From an uncultured Bacilli bacterium (GTDB lineage: Bacteria > Bacillota_I > Bacilli_A > RF39 > UBA660): 49,904 bases of DNA. Both the position numbers and the translations under genes were made by a program. The stretch spans positions 1-49,904 of the forward strand of contig CANQXT010000003.1 of assembly GCA_947627915.1 (NCBI GenBank). The letters run 5' to 3'. Within the stretch, counting starts at the first letter, position 1, and each line of letters begins with the position of its first letter. Positions 1 through 9,636 of this stretch are shown one piece after another. The notes under the pieces are model-generated. The model saw only the letters and a program-made list of their open reading frames with translations. It was not told the DNA's origin and ran no database searches.

Positions 1-962
1 AACAAACTAGAAATATAATATCTTTTTTCAATAGTCTTTTTACCATTGTGTTCAATAGTTTTTCTTACTAAGCCAAAAGAGTGTAATGAAGGCCAAGAAG
101 AATAATCGAAATACCAATTAATATCTTCTGTTTGGAAATATTCGTAAGTTATGACATTAGAATTTGCTTTTTCAGTTGAAATAGTGTACGCAGATTTTAA
201 GCACCCTGCTTTAATCGCGTCTAATTTATCGTCATCAAAATATAGTTCTAAATCACTTAAAAATGATGGATGATTAGCTTTTAATGCAACAACATAATCT
301 GCTTTAGCATCAATAACAGCTTTGATATTTTCTTTTTGTGTATTCAATGCATCCCATGTAACAATAGCCCCTTTAGCATTCACTCTATTTAAAATAGTAG
401 GAATGGTTGTTATTTCATTAGTTTTATCATCAATCATTTCACTGGCAAGACACATTTGATAATTATTAGAATAAATGTTTAAAATATTTAAAGATTTAAT
501 GGCTTCCCGAAGTTCATTTTCATTCCTTTTACTGCCATTATCTGTTTTACCATCAATAGATAATATATCTCTTTCTGATTTAAATAATTTAGTAACATTT
601 TGAAAAAATAGAACACAAATATCTTCAAATTCTTGAGGGCGAATAATAGCAAATACTCTTTCATAAGTTTTAGCAGATGCAACTCCACCCGTCATTTTTA
701 AAAATTGTTTAAAAAAATCATATTTAATTTCAACGAAATCGTGAATTTCTTCCCAAGTATTTTGATCAGCTAAAATAGCAATAAAAGCAGTAATCACAAT
801 ATCCCAAATCTTATATACACGTTTTCCTTTTTGTCTAGAATCATACAAGGATTTTAAACTCTCTTTAAATTCAATAATAGCCTTTTTATCAAAATCATCA
901 ATATTGATTTCGAATTTTTTAAGTCGTTCTCTAACCATTTTTCTAGTAATTCCTGTAGACAT
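1..962 (-). CDS. ISAs1-family DDE transposase (runs off the left edge of the window)
   Basis: Absent from the ORF track because its stop lies outside the window. Manual translation from ATG at 962 (RBS AGGTG at 975-971) gives MSTGITRKM...DSRQKGKRVYKIWDIV...ILSIDGKT...KTNEITTIP...IVTWDALNTQKE...DYVVALKANHP...RYYISSL, containing the ISAs1 motifs IDGKT, KxNEI, DAxxxQ, LKxN and RYYISS. Confidence 0.93.
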   Translation of the reverse strand, partial: MSTGITRKMVRERLKKFEINIDDFDKKAIIEFKESLKSLYDSRQKGKRVYKIWDIVITAFIAILADQNTWEEIHDFVEIKYDFFKQFLKMTGGVASAKTYERVFAIIRPQEFEDICVLFFQNVTKLFKSERDILSIDGKTDNGSKRNENELREAIKSLNILNIYSNNYQMCLASEMIDDKTNEITTIPTILNRVNAKGAIVTWDALNTQKENIKAVIDAKADYVVALKANHPSFLSDLELYFDDDKLDAIKAGCLKSAYTISTEKANSNVITYEYFQTEDINWYFDYSSWPSLHSFGLVRKTIEHNGKKTIEKRYYISSL

Positions 963-1116
963 TATTTCATCACCTAGAATTAGAATACATTATTTACATC
1001 TTTTTTACTAGATTATTATCATTTTTTTATAACTTTTATTTAATTTTTATTTTCTATTTCTCGGTTTTATTTGCCTGTCAATGTTTTTTTTATATTTTTT
1101 TCATGTCTTTATCCTG
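1..1116 (-). mobile_element. ISAs1-family insertion sequence, 5' part; terminal inverted repeat at 1101-1116
   Basis: 1101-1116 read on the minus strand is CAGGATAAAGACATGA, resembling ISAs1 CAGG-type termini. It lies about 140 bp upstream of the transposase start. The other end is outside the window. Confidence 0.7.
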
Positions 1117-1192
1117 AATAAATTAGTATCTTTCTTGATTTTATATAATAAGCTATATTATAATTAGTTTATAAAATAGGATGTGAAGTATT

Positions 1193-3763
1193 ATGAAGAA
1201 GAGATTTTTAATAATAACCTTAATTATAATTGGAATAATATCTTTAACATTATCATTAACCTATAAGACTTATTATAACAAAATTGTTGGAGAAAAAAGT
1301 CCTTCTATAATTGGAGATAAGTTTGCAATTTATATAGAAGAAGATAATGGAGAATTTACGCCAACAAATAGAGATATGTTTCCAACACTAGGAGAAGGTT
1401 ATATATTAGATCATAGTGATTGTATAGATAGACATAGAAAAACTTTAGAAAGTCCAGTAATAGATATTGATCCCTATAATATAGCACACGTTTATACAAC
1501 AAATGCTTTATATTGTAATTTATATTTTAAAAAATATAGTTGGGAAGGAACAGAAGTAAAATTTAAATTTGAGAATAGTGGTCAAACAGTTCATGAAAGA
1601 AATCAAAAGTATCGAATAGAATGGACAATAGAAGGAGCAACAGAATACTGTATAACAGATGGAAGTAGTTGTGACTGGAAGACGATTCCCTATGAGATGG
1701 GAAAGAAGTTTTTAGAAGATAATATAGAAATACCAGGAGATAGTGGTCAAAAGACATATTATGTTAAATTAAAAACATTATTTACTGAACAAGAATCAAA
1801 TAGAGATGGATTATATTTACAATTAGATATAACACCACCAACATGTTCATTAAAAGTAGAGAATAATAAAATAGTATTTGCTAGAATACATGATGATCGA
1901 AGTGCAGAAGCGAATATAGTAAGAGGAATAAGTAGAACAAATACAACAACATATGGAAATATAAATTCCATAAATGTAAGTGGAACCGGTGAATATTATG
2001 GATATGTAAAAGATGAAGCCGGAAATGAAGGAAGATGTACTATAGATGTCCAAAATGATTATGGAGTTGCTTGTAGTGTAACTCAAACAAATTCATATCC
2101 AATATATTGTAATGTAACAAAAGAAAATCCACACCCAGTATATTGTAGTGTAACCAAAGAAAATTCTGAGCCAGTATACTGTAATGTAACAAGTGCAAAT
2201 CCTCATCCAGTATTTTGTGCTGTTACTGGAAATAAACCAATTTCAAAATATTGTGAGGTAAAAAGTACAAATCCTCATACAGTATATTGTAATGTAACTC
2301 AAACCAATTCTGAGTCAGTAAATTGTAAAGTAAATAAAACACTTATGACACCAATAAAATGTAGTGTCACAGATACAAAATCAGAGACAAAAAATTGTAC
2401 AGTTACACAAAAACTTGCCGATAAAAATACTTATTGTTATGTTACCAATACATATGATAGAACCCAATATTGTACTCAAACAAAATCTACACCTATCTCC
2501 GGATATACTTATATTGGTATACGTTGTAATTGTGGTTATTATCCATATCAAGATTCAATGCAAGTAGCCTTTAATGGAGTATCAACTTGTTCTCCAAATA
2601 ATTGGCAAAGTCCTTTTAATCCGTTTAATTATTATCATTCAGAGTATGAAATTAATTGTAGTACAGTATGTAGTTTAGCAAGAGATCCATCTCGTTATAG
2701 ATTTCCTTATACTAGTGGCTATATGGATGGTAATTATGAATTCTTTCTAAATAGCGTTTCATATCCACCAGCTGTAGTAGCATTTTGCTATTCAGTGCCA
2801 CAAGGAGTCGTATATACTTGTTCAAATGGTAATATATGTAATTACGCTGGATGTTGTAGTAATCAAGTATGTGGTAATGTATCATATGATTATGTTTGCT
2901 CAAATGGAATAACATATTCAAATGATAGTAGTGCTTGTACAAATTCTATTTGTAGTTCTAAAGAACAATATAAATGTTCTGATGGTAATATATATGAAAC
3001 GAGAAATGAGTGTACAAGTAAGAGTTGTGGAACTAAAGATAGTTATGTTTGCTCAGATGGAAGTACCTATGATACGAAGAGTACTTGTGAAAATAAACAA
3101 TGTGGTACAAATTATAGTTATTTATGTTCTGATGGTGAAACATATAGTACATCAAGTGATTGTACCAATAAACAATGTGATACAAAGAATACATATTCTT
3201 GTTCAAATGGAAAACAATATAGTACATCAGATGAGTGTACAAGTAGGCAATGTGGTACAGATTATACATATTCATGTTCCGATGGAAAAGAGTATAATAC
3301 ATCAGATGAGTGTACAAGTAAGACATGTAATGTGGAATATCAATATTCATGCTCAAATGGAAAAGAATATCCTTCATTAACTACATGTACAAATCAACAA
3401 TGTGATACCAGATATACATATTCTTGCTCAGATGGAGAAGAGTATAATTCTCAAAGTAGTTGTACAAATTCGGTATGTGATACTAAGTACACATATTCAT
3501 GTTCAAATGGTGAAGAATATAACTCATCAAGTACTTGTACAAGTACCCAATGCGATACCAGATACACATATTCATGCTCAAATGGAAGTGAATATGATTC
3601 ACAAAGTACATGTACCAATACCCAATGTTCTACAGGATATACCTATACATGTTCTGATGGTTCAACATATGATAACCAAAATAGTTGTATATCTAAAGAA
3701 TGTGGTAGAGCTTGTCCAACTGGTTATACTAAAGATGGTGGTTATTGTTATAAAGAAGTATAG
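1193..3763 (+). CDS. Membrane-anchored or secreted cysteine-rich repeat surface protein
   Basis: 856 aa. N-terminal basic plus hydrophobic segment, a small FAIY...C...YCxLYF domain, Ig-like DxTPPTC modules, two Cys repeat arrays, and a terminal CPTGYTKDGGYCYK motif. Confidence 0.85.
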   Translation: MKKRFLIITLIIIGIISLTLSLTYKTYYNKIVGEKSPSIIGDKFAIYIEEDNGEFTPTNRDMFPTLGEGYILDHSDCIDRHRKTLESPVIDIDPYNIAHVYTTNALYCNLYFKKYSWEGTEVKFKFENSGQTVHERNQKYRIEWTIEGATEYCITDGSSCDWKTIPYEMGKKFLEDNIEIPGDSGQKTYYVKLKTLFTEQESNRDGLYLQLDITPPTCSLKVENNKIVFARIHDDRSAEANIVRGISRTNTTTYGNINSINVSGTGEYYGYVKDEAGNEGRCTIDVQNDYGVACSVTQTNSYPIYCNVTKENPHPVYCSVTKENSEPVYCNVTSANPHPVFCAVTGNKPISKYCEVKSTNPHTVYCNVTQTNSESVNCKVNKTLMTPIKCSVTDTKSETKNCTVTQKLADKNTYCYVTNTYDRTQYCTQTKSTPISGYTYIGIRCNCGYYPYQDSMQVAFNGVSTCSPNNWQSPFNPFNYYHSEYEINCSTVCSLARDPSRYRFPYTSGYMDGNYEFFLNSVSYPPAVVAFCYSVPQGVVYTCSNGNICNYAGCCSNQVCGNVSYDYVCSNGITYSNDSSACTNSICSSKEQYKCSDGNIYETRNECTSKSCGTKDSYVCSDGSTYDTKSTCENKQCGTNYSYLCSDGETYSTSSDCTNKQCDTKNTYSCSNGKQYSTSDECTSRQCGTDYTYSCSDGKEYNTSDECTSKTCNVEYQYSCSNGKEYPSLTTCTNQQCDTRYTYSCSDGEEYNSQSSCTNSVCDTKYTYSCSNGEEYNSSSTCTSTQCDTRYTYSCSNGSEYDSQSTCTNTQCSTGYTYTCSDGSTYDNQNSCISKECGRACPTGYTKDGGYCYKEV
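2066..2503 (+). repeat. 12 tandem ~12-aa (36-bp) coding repeats, one Cys each (VYCNVTKENPHP-like)
   Basis: Units counted in the translation: VACS, IYCN, VYCS, VYCN, VFCA, KYCE, VYCN, VNCK, IKCS, KNCT, TYCY, QYCT. Confidence 0.9.
2807..3712 (+). repeat. 12 tandem ~25-aa (75-bp) coding repeats with three conserved Cys each (YTYSCSNGEEYNSSSTCTSTQCDTR-like)
   Basis: Twelve YxCS[ND]G units counted from VVYTCSNG to YTYTCSDG...CGRA. Confidence 0.92.
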
Positions 3764-3805
3764 TAAATATGGACAATTAAGATAATTTTTGATAAAATTT
3801 AACTG

Positions 3806-4366
3806 GTGGTAAAAATGTTAGATAAAATAATTGGTGAAGCAAAAGGAATATTTAATATAATAACTTTATTTGAAATAATAATATCTATTATCTTTATCTT
3901 AATTGGATTATTATTCTTTACTAGTTCAACTGCAAGTAATGTACTAGTTTCTATAGTAACTGGTTTTGCACTTATTGTAGTTGGTGCAAGTTCTATATTT
4001 TCTTATTTTAGAAGAGGAAGTATTGTCTTATTTAATAATAATTTAATTATGGGTATTTTATATATTATTATTGGGGTTATATCAATGTTCTTAAAACAAT
4101 CATTATCTATTGCTTTAGGTATATATTTATTAGTTGTTGGTTGTCAAAAAATTAGTTATGGTTTATTCTTAAAGAAATTTAATGAAAAAACATGGATTTT
4201 TGATTTAGTTGTAGGTATATTATTTATAGCTTTAGGAGTAACAGCATTCTTTACTAATGGTGAATATGTTATTGAAGTTGTAGGTATTTGTTTATTAGGC
4301 TATGGTTTAATTAATTTAATAAATATTATTTTATTAAGAAAAAGAAGTAAATATTTTATAGCTTAA
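3806..4366 (+). CDS. HdeD/DUF308-like multi-pass membrane protein
   Basis: About 6 hydrophobic helices with GxxxIxxG repeats. The start may be the ATG at 3815. Confidence 0.7.
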   Translation: MVKMLDKIIGEAKGIFNIITLFEIIISIIFILIGLLFFTSSTASNVLVSIVTGFALIVVGASSIFSYFRRGSIVLFNNNLIMGILYIIIGVISMFLKQSLSIALGIYLLVVGCQKISYGLFLKKFNEKTWIFDLVVGILFIALGVTAFFTNGEYVIEVVGICLLGYGLINLINIILLRKRSKYFIA

Positions 4367-4384
4367 AGATAAGATAAATTAAGT

Positions 4385-4412
4385 AAAATAGTTGTGTAAA
4401 ACAACTATTTTT
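4385..4412 (+). terminator. Intrinsic terminator
   Basis: AAAATAGTTG-tgtaaaa-CAACTATTTT stem running into T residues. Confidence 0.7.
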
Positions 4413-4464
4413 ATATTGTTAAATAAGTAATACTTGGTTATACTAAAATTATAGGTGGTAGTAA

Positions 4465-5694
4465 ATGAATATTAAAGAAGTACATGCAAGAGAAATATTA
4501 GATAGTAGAGGTAATCCCACTGTGGAAGTGGAAATGACTTTAGATAATGGCATAAAATCAGTTGCATCTGTACCTAGTGGAGCTTCAACTGGTACTAAAG
4601 AAGCACTTGAATTAAGAGATAATGATTTAGCTAGATATCATGGTAAAGGTGTTTTAAAAGCAGTTAATAACGTTAATACAATTATTGCTAAAGAATTAGT
4701 TGGTCAAAAATTAGAACAAGTTGCTGTTGATAAAATTTTATTAAGATTAGATGGAACTCCTAATAAAAGTGTTTTAGGAGCTAATGCAACTTTAGCAGTA
4801 TCTTTAGCATCATTAAAATGTTTAGCTAAACTTCAAAATAAAGAATTATATGAATATATTACGGGTGGTAAAGTAAGTTTACCTATTCCAATGGTAAATA
4901 TAGTTAATGGTGGTGCTCATGCCAATAATAATTTAGATATTCAAGAATTTATGATTGTTCCTATTGTTAAAGGTATGGCTAAAAGAGTTGAAGCTGCTAG
5001 TGAAATATTCCATACTTTAAAAGATATCTTAAATAAAAGAGGTTTACCTACTACTGTCGGTGATGAGGGTGGTTTTGCTCCTAATTTAAATTCAACTAGT
5101 GAAGCCCTAGATTTAATAATGGACGCTATAAATGAAGCTAATTATCATCCAGGTAAAGATGTTTTAATTGCCCTAGATATAGCAGCATCTGAATTATATG
5201 ATAAAACAACAAATACTTATAAAATAGATAATAGAATATTATCTGCTAAAGATTTAATTAAATATTATATTAATTTAGTTACTAATTATCCAATTATCAG
5301 TATTGAAGATCCTTTTGAAGAAAATGATTTAAATAGTTTAGCAGAATTAACAAATTTAATTGGTGATAAAATTATGATTGTTGGAGATGATCATTTCTGT
5401 ACAAATGCTAATTTATTACAAAAAGGAATTGATTTAAAAGCTGGAAATGCTATTATTATAAAAGCTAATCAAATAGGTACAGTTTCGGAAATGACAAGAA
5501 CAATTATGTTAGCTAAAAAGAATAATTATAAAACAATTATAAGTCATCGTAGTGGAGAAACAGAAGATACATTTATTGCTGATTTAGCAGTAGGTTTTGG
5601 TAGTCCATTTATTAAAACTGGTTCTGTTAGTCGTGGTGAAAGAATAAGTAAATATAATAGATTAATGAAAATAGAAGAATTATTGAATAAATAA
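4465..5694 (+). CDS. eno: Enolase
   Basis: Motifs REILDSRGNPTVEV, VPSGASTG, GDEGGFAP, KANQIGT, SHRSGETED and KYNRL. Confidence 0.98.
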   Translation: MNIKEVHAREILDSRGNPTVEVEMTLDNGIKSVASVPSGASTGTKEALELRDNDLARYHGKGVLKAVNNVNTIIAKELVGQKLEQVAVDKILLRLDGTPNKSVLGANATLAVSLASLKCLAKLQNKELYEYITGGKVSLPIPMVNIVNGGAHANNNLDIQEFMIVPIVKGMAKRVEAASEIFHTLKDILNKRGLPTTVGDEGGFAPNLNSTSEALDLIMDAINEANYHPGKDVLIALDIAASELYDKTTNTYKIDNRILSAKDLIKYYINLVTNYPIISIEDPFEENDLNSLAELTNLIGDKIMIVGDDHFCTNANLLQKGIDLKAGNAIIIKANQIGTVSEMTRTIMLAKKNNYKTIISHRSGETEDTFIADLAVGFGSPFIKTGSVSRGERISKYNRLMKIEELLNK

Positions 5695-5709
5695 TTTATT
5701 ATTAACATT

Positions 5710-5735
5710 TAGTTCACAATTTGTGAACTATTTTT
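5710..5735 (+). terminator. Intrinsic terminator after eno
   Basis: TAGTTCACA-att-TGTGAACTA followed by TTTTT. Confidence 0.8.
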
Positions 5736-5789
5736 ATTTATATTTTTATTTTTAAATGATATAGTTAAATAAAGTGGAGATGGTGATAT

Positions 5790-7076
5790 ATGCTTTTCGT
5801 TTCAATTTCTGTATTAATTATTTTAACATTAATATTATTTAGTTATTTTGTTTTTGGCAAATTTAAATTTTTATATGATTCAAATATTAAATTAATATTA
5901 CATATTATAATATCTATTATTTTATGTATTGTAACCCACTATTATGTATATGAAATAGATCGGATTTTGATATATACTGTATTAGGATTGTATAGTTGTG
6001 TTTTATTAGTTTATTTATTAAATAAAAATTATCATAATTATAAAAATAGTATTACTGTACTAAATAATAATATTAAAGAAAATAAATTACAAAATAAAAT
6101 AATATTATTAGGGTTATTTATAATTAATGATATATTTTGTTTTTCTATTATCCATGTAGATATTAAGTCATTAAGTATAATAGTAATGCTTCTTTATTTA
6201 ATATCTTATTTTCTTTTCTATATTTCAATAATAGTTATACCTATACTTTTAGGTAATATAATAGCTAGATTAAGATTATTTAAAAAAGATAAAAAGATAT
6301 ATCATAGTCTTCAACATCCCTATTTTAGAGAGTTACCAAATAATTATGGTATTGGTATAAATACTATTTTAATGGATTCAGTTATGGAAAATGAAAAAGA
6401 TTTACTAGCAGTTATTTTAGATTTAGCTGCTAAAAGATATATAAATTTAAAAAAAGATCATAATGGTTATAAAATAGTTCTTTTAAAAGATATAGATGAT
6501 AAATTATACCAAAATGAACAATATATCTTATCTTTAATAAAAGAAAAAGAATTAAAGAATATAAATTATAATGATTGGTATAATTTATGTATTGAAGATG
6601 GTGTTAAAGAAGATTTATATATTCCTAAAAATATTAAAAGAATTTTTAATTTATCGATGAGTCCTCTAGAAATATTTATATGTATTTTAATATGGGGTAT
6701 ACCATCATTTATTATGTTTATGTCTATAGATTCCATTTTATTTATGTTTATAGATTTATTAATTCCTATAATAATTATTATTATATTTATATTAAGTTAT
6801 AAAAGAAATATGAGAAGAAATAATTTAACGAGAACTAAAAAGGGTGTTAAAGAATATAAAAAATTATTAGCATTTAAAAGTTTTATAAAAGATTTTGGTA
6901 ATTTTGATGAAAGAAGTATTGATGAGATAGTTTTATGGGACTACTATTTATCATATGCCCAAGTATTTGGTTTAACAAAGGAAATAATGCAAACAGGGTA
7001 TAATGAATTAGTAAATAATGCATCATTCCAAATTGATAATATTGATAATATTACTTTAGATAATATTAAATATTAA
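5790..7076 (+). CDS. DUF2207-like membrane protein (paralogue 1)
   Basis: YFRELP...AVILDLAAKRYI...RTKKG...LLAFKSFIKDF...LWDYYLSYAQVFG resembles the DUF2207 C-terminal region. Several TM segments. Confidence 0.75.
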   Translation: MLFVSISVLIILTLILFSYFVFGKFKFLYDSNIKLILHIIISIILCIVTHYYVYEIDRILIYTVLGLYSCVLLVYLLNKNYHNYKNSITVLNNNIKENKLQNKIILLGLFIINDIFCFSIIHVDIKSLSIIVMLLYLISYFLFYISIIVIPILLGNIIARLRLFKKDKKIYHSLQHPYFRELPNNYGIGINTILMDSVMENEKDLLAVILDLAAKRYINLKKDHNGYKIVLLKDIDDKLYQNEQYILSLIKEKELKNINYNDWYNLCIEDGVKEDLYIPKNIKRIFNLSMSPLEIFICILIWGIPSFIMFMSIDSILFMFIDLLIPIIIIIIFILSYKRNMRRNNLTRTKKGVKEYKKLLAFKSFIKDFGNFDERSIDEIVLWDYYLSYAQVFGLTKEIMQTGYNELVNNASFQIDNIDNITLDNIKY

Positions 7077-7142
7077 AGCAATAATTCTTTTTTCTCTTAA
7101 AAAAATATGTTATTATAGAAATATAATAGGTAAGGAGTTTTA

Positions 7143-8651
7143 GTGGTAATGAATAATGGAGTAAATAATACTGTTTGTCCAAATTGTGGAGCAAGCATAT
7201 TAAATGGGGCTACTTTTTGTGGCAATTGTGGTTATAATTTGAATAATAATATTGGTGTAGTTAATAATGTTATTAATTCTATGCCTAGTGAACCTCCTAA
7301 AAATAATAAATTTCAAGATAAAAAGAAATTATTAATAATAATAGGAGTAGTACTTGTCGTTTTAGTAGGAGGTTTTATAGCATTTAAAGTATTAAATCAT
7401 TCATCTAATAAAACTAAAATGTTTTCAGATGATCAATTAATACCGATAAAAAAAGATTCTAAATATGGTTATATAAATACCGATGGTAAAATAGTAATAG
7501 AACCTATATATTTAGATGTTAGTGAATTTTATGGTGATTATGCTGTTGTGGAAAAAGAAGAAGATAAATCACAAATAATTGATAAGAATGGTAAAGTTGT
7601 AATTGATTCATCATATAATCCCGAATATTTTGAAGATTTAGAAGTATGGTTAATTAAGTCTAGTTTATATGATAAGAATTTAAAACAAATATCTGGTGAT
7701 GGTTATAAAATTTATCATATCGAAGACAATTATTTTCAATGGAATGATAGAGAAAGTAAAACGGTAGGTATAATGAATGAAAAAGGTAAAATATTATATA
7801 AATATACTTTCCAATCTGATGAAAATTTTATGTCAATTGATTCTTCAGATAAGGATGAAGATTTAAAAGATTTATATTGTGTAGTGAATATTGAAAACAA
7901 AAAATATGGTATTGTTAATTGTAAAAATGGTAAATTAGTTTATGATTTTGGCGATAAAAAAATATTTAGTAATGGTGATAATACTTTTAAAATATATAAT
8001 TCTTCAATGAGTGAAGTTTTAGATAATATTTTTATAAATAATGATAAAGTTTTATATCATAGTAATGGTAAAAATGTTGGCTTAACTTATCGTAATGGTT
8101 ATTTACATATAAATGATTATAGTAATTATCAAACTTCTTATCTTGATATTAAAACTGGTAAAATAGTAGATAAAGTAGATAATACAACTACTGTTGAATT
8201 AAGTGATTAGGAAAAAAAGAATGATATGACTGTATATGAGTGTGAAACTGGTGTAGGACTTAAAAGTAAAGATAAAGTAGTAGTAGATTGTGTTTGGGAT
8301 ACTATTCGAATATTTGATTATCCAGTATATGACTATTTAGTTTCTAAAAATAAAAAATATATTATAACTAAAAAAGATGATAGTTATTATTTAGTAGATT
8401 TAAAAAATAGTAAAACAATAAAAGAGTTTAAAACTAAACGTTTTAGAAATTCTAATAACAGTCCATTTATATTTTATGATGATGAAAATGATAATTATGT
8501 AATATATAATGTAGTTACTGATAAAGAAGTTACAGTTAAAAATGATGTTGATATATGGTTAAGATCAAATTATGTTATTGTGGAAGAAGATAATAAATAC
8601 AATTACTATAATAGTGATTTGAAATTAATTTATACTGCAAGTGAAAAATAA
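7143..8651 (+). pseudogene. Zinc-ribbon + TM + WG-repeat protein split by an in-frame TAG at 8208-8210
   Basis: ORFs 7143-8210 and 8226-8651 are in the same frame, joined by TAG GAA AAA AAG AAT GAT ATG. N-terminal CPNCG..FCGNCG ribbon and a KYGYINTDGKIVIEPIY WG repeat. Confidence 0.75.
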
Positions 8652-8698
8652 AATTATTAAATTTTTATAGTGTTAAAGAATGAAGGAGAGTGTTTTAA

Positions 8699-9592
8699 AT
8701 GAATGAAAATTTAAATAATAATAATTTAACTAATAAGGTTTGTCCAATATGTGGAACAAGTAATTTACCTAATACTAATTTTTGTATTAAGTGTGGAAAT
8801 AATTTGAGTGTTGCCAGTCAACCAATTCCAGATACAAATAATAATATTCCTAATCAACAACCAGTTATGAATAATAATATGAATAATCAAAATGTTAATG
8901 TTGCTCCTACTAATGTGAATGTATCAATGAATAATGGTTTAAAAATGAACTTAGTCCAATATTTTATTCAAAGTATAATTAAACCATTTGATAATTATAT
9001 AAATAATGAAAGTAATTTAAGTGATATTAAAGAAGTAGGTATTTTATCTGGTATAGTAGTATTATTCTTAACAATTATGAATTTATTATCTAAGATGATA
9101 TCTGCAGTAAGAGTTAAATCATTATTTTCAACAGAAGTATCTTGGGTATGGGAAAATTTAAAAAATATATCTTATGTAAAAGTTATTGGTACTAATTTAT
9201 TAGTATATGCTGGTATATTAGTAGCTATCGCAGGTGTTTATTTCTTAGCTAGTTTAGTTATTAAAAAGAGTCCTAATTTTGTTAAATTATTAGGTATTGC
9301 TACTACTAGTATTATTCCATTTGCTATTTGTTATGGTTTATTATCACCAGTACTATCTATGATAAATACTACAATAGGTATGGTAGTAACAGTTATTGGG
9401 TTTGTATATTCTTTAATGATTTTAATAGAACTTATAAATGATAGTATTGTTATTGAAAATAAAAATACAAGAATATTAATTCATGTTATATGTTTATCTA
9501 TTTTAATAATAGGTGGTGGATATATAATTTATAAATCTATTATGTCAACTATAACAAGTGGTTTAGGTTCACTTGCTGGATTATTAAGATAA
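8699..9592 (+). CDS. Zinc-ribbon + Yip1-like membrane protein
   Basis: CPICG..FCIKCG, an N/Q/P-rich linker, IIKPF, then about 5 TM helices. Confidence 0.75.
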   Translation: MNENLNNNNLTNKVCPICGTSNLPNTNFCIKCGNNLSVASQPIPDTNNNIPNQQPVMNNNMNNQNVNVAPTNVNVSMNNGLKMNLVQYFIQSIIKPFDNYINNESNLSDIKEVGILSGIVVLFLTIMNLLSKMISAVRVKSLFSTEVSWVWENLKNISYVKVIGTNLLVYAGILVAIAGVYFLASLVIKKSPNFVKLLGIATTSIIPFAICYGLLSPVLSMINTTIGMVVTVIGFVYSLMILIELINDSIVIENKNTRILIHVICLSILIIGGGYIIYKSIMSTITSGLGSLAGLLR

Positions 9593-9636
9593 TTTTAATT
9601 ATATATATATTTTTAGTAATAAATTAGGAGGAAATA

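Noticed and set aside
488-688. 66-aa minus-strand ORF
   Set aside because: Alternative frame inside the ISAs1 transposase.
2807-3712. 75-bp periodic DNA considered as a CRISPR array
   Set aside because: The units are degenerate, in frame and coding, with no constant repeat/unique spacer pattern and no cas genes.
1563-3785. Several short overlapping ORFs with periodic Met/His/Ile patterns
   Set aside because: Shadow frames of the repetitive Cys-rich gene; their periodicity simply mirrors its repeats.
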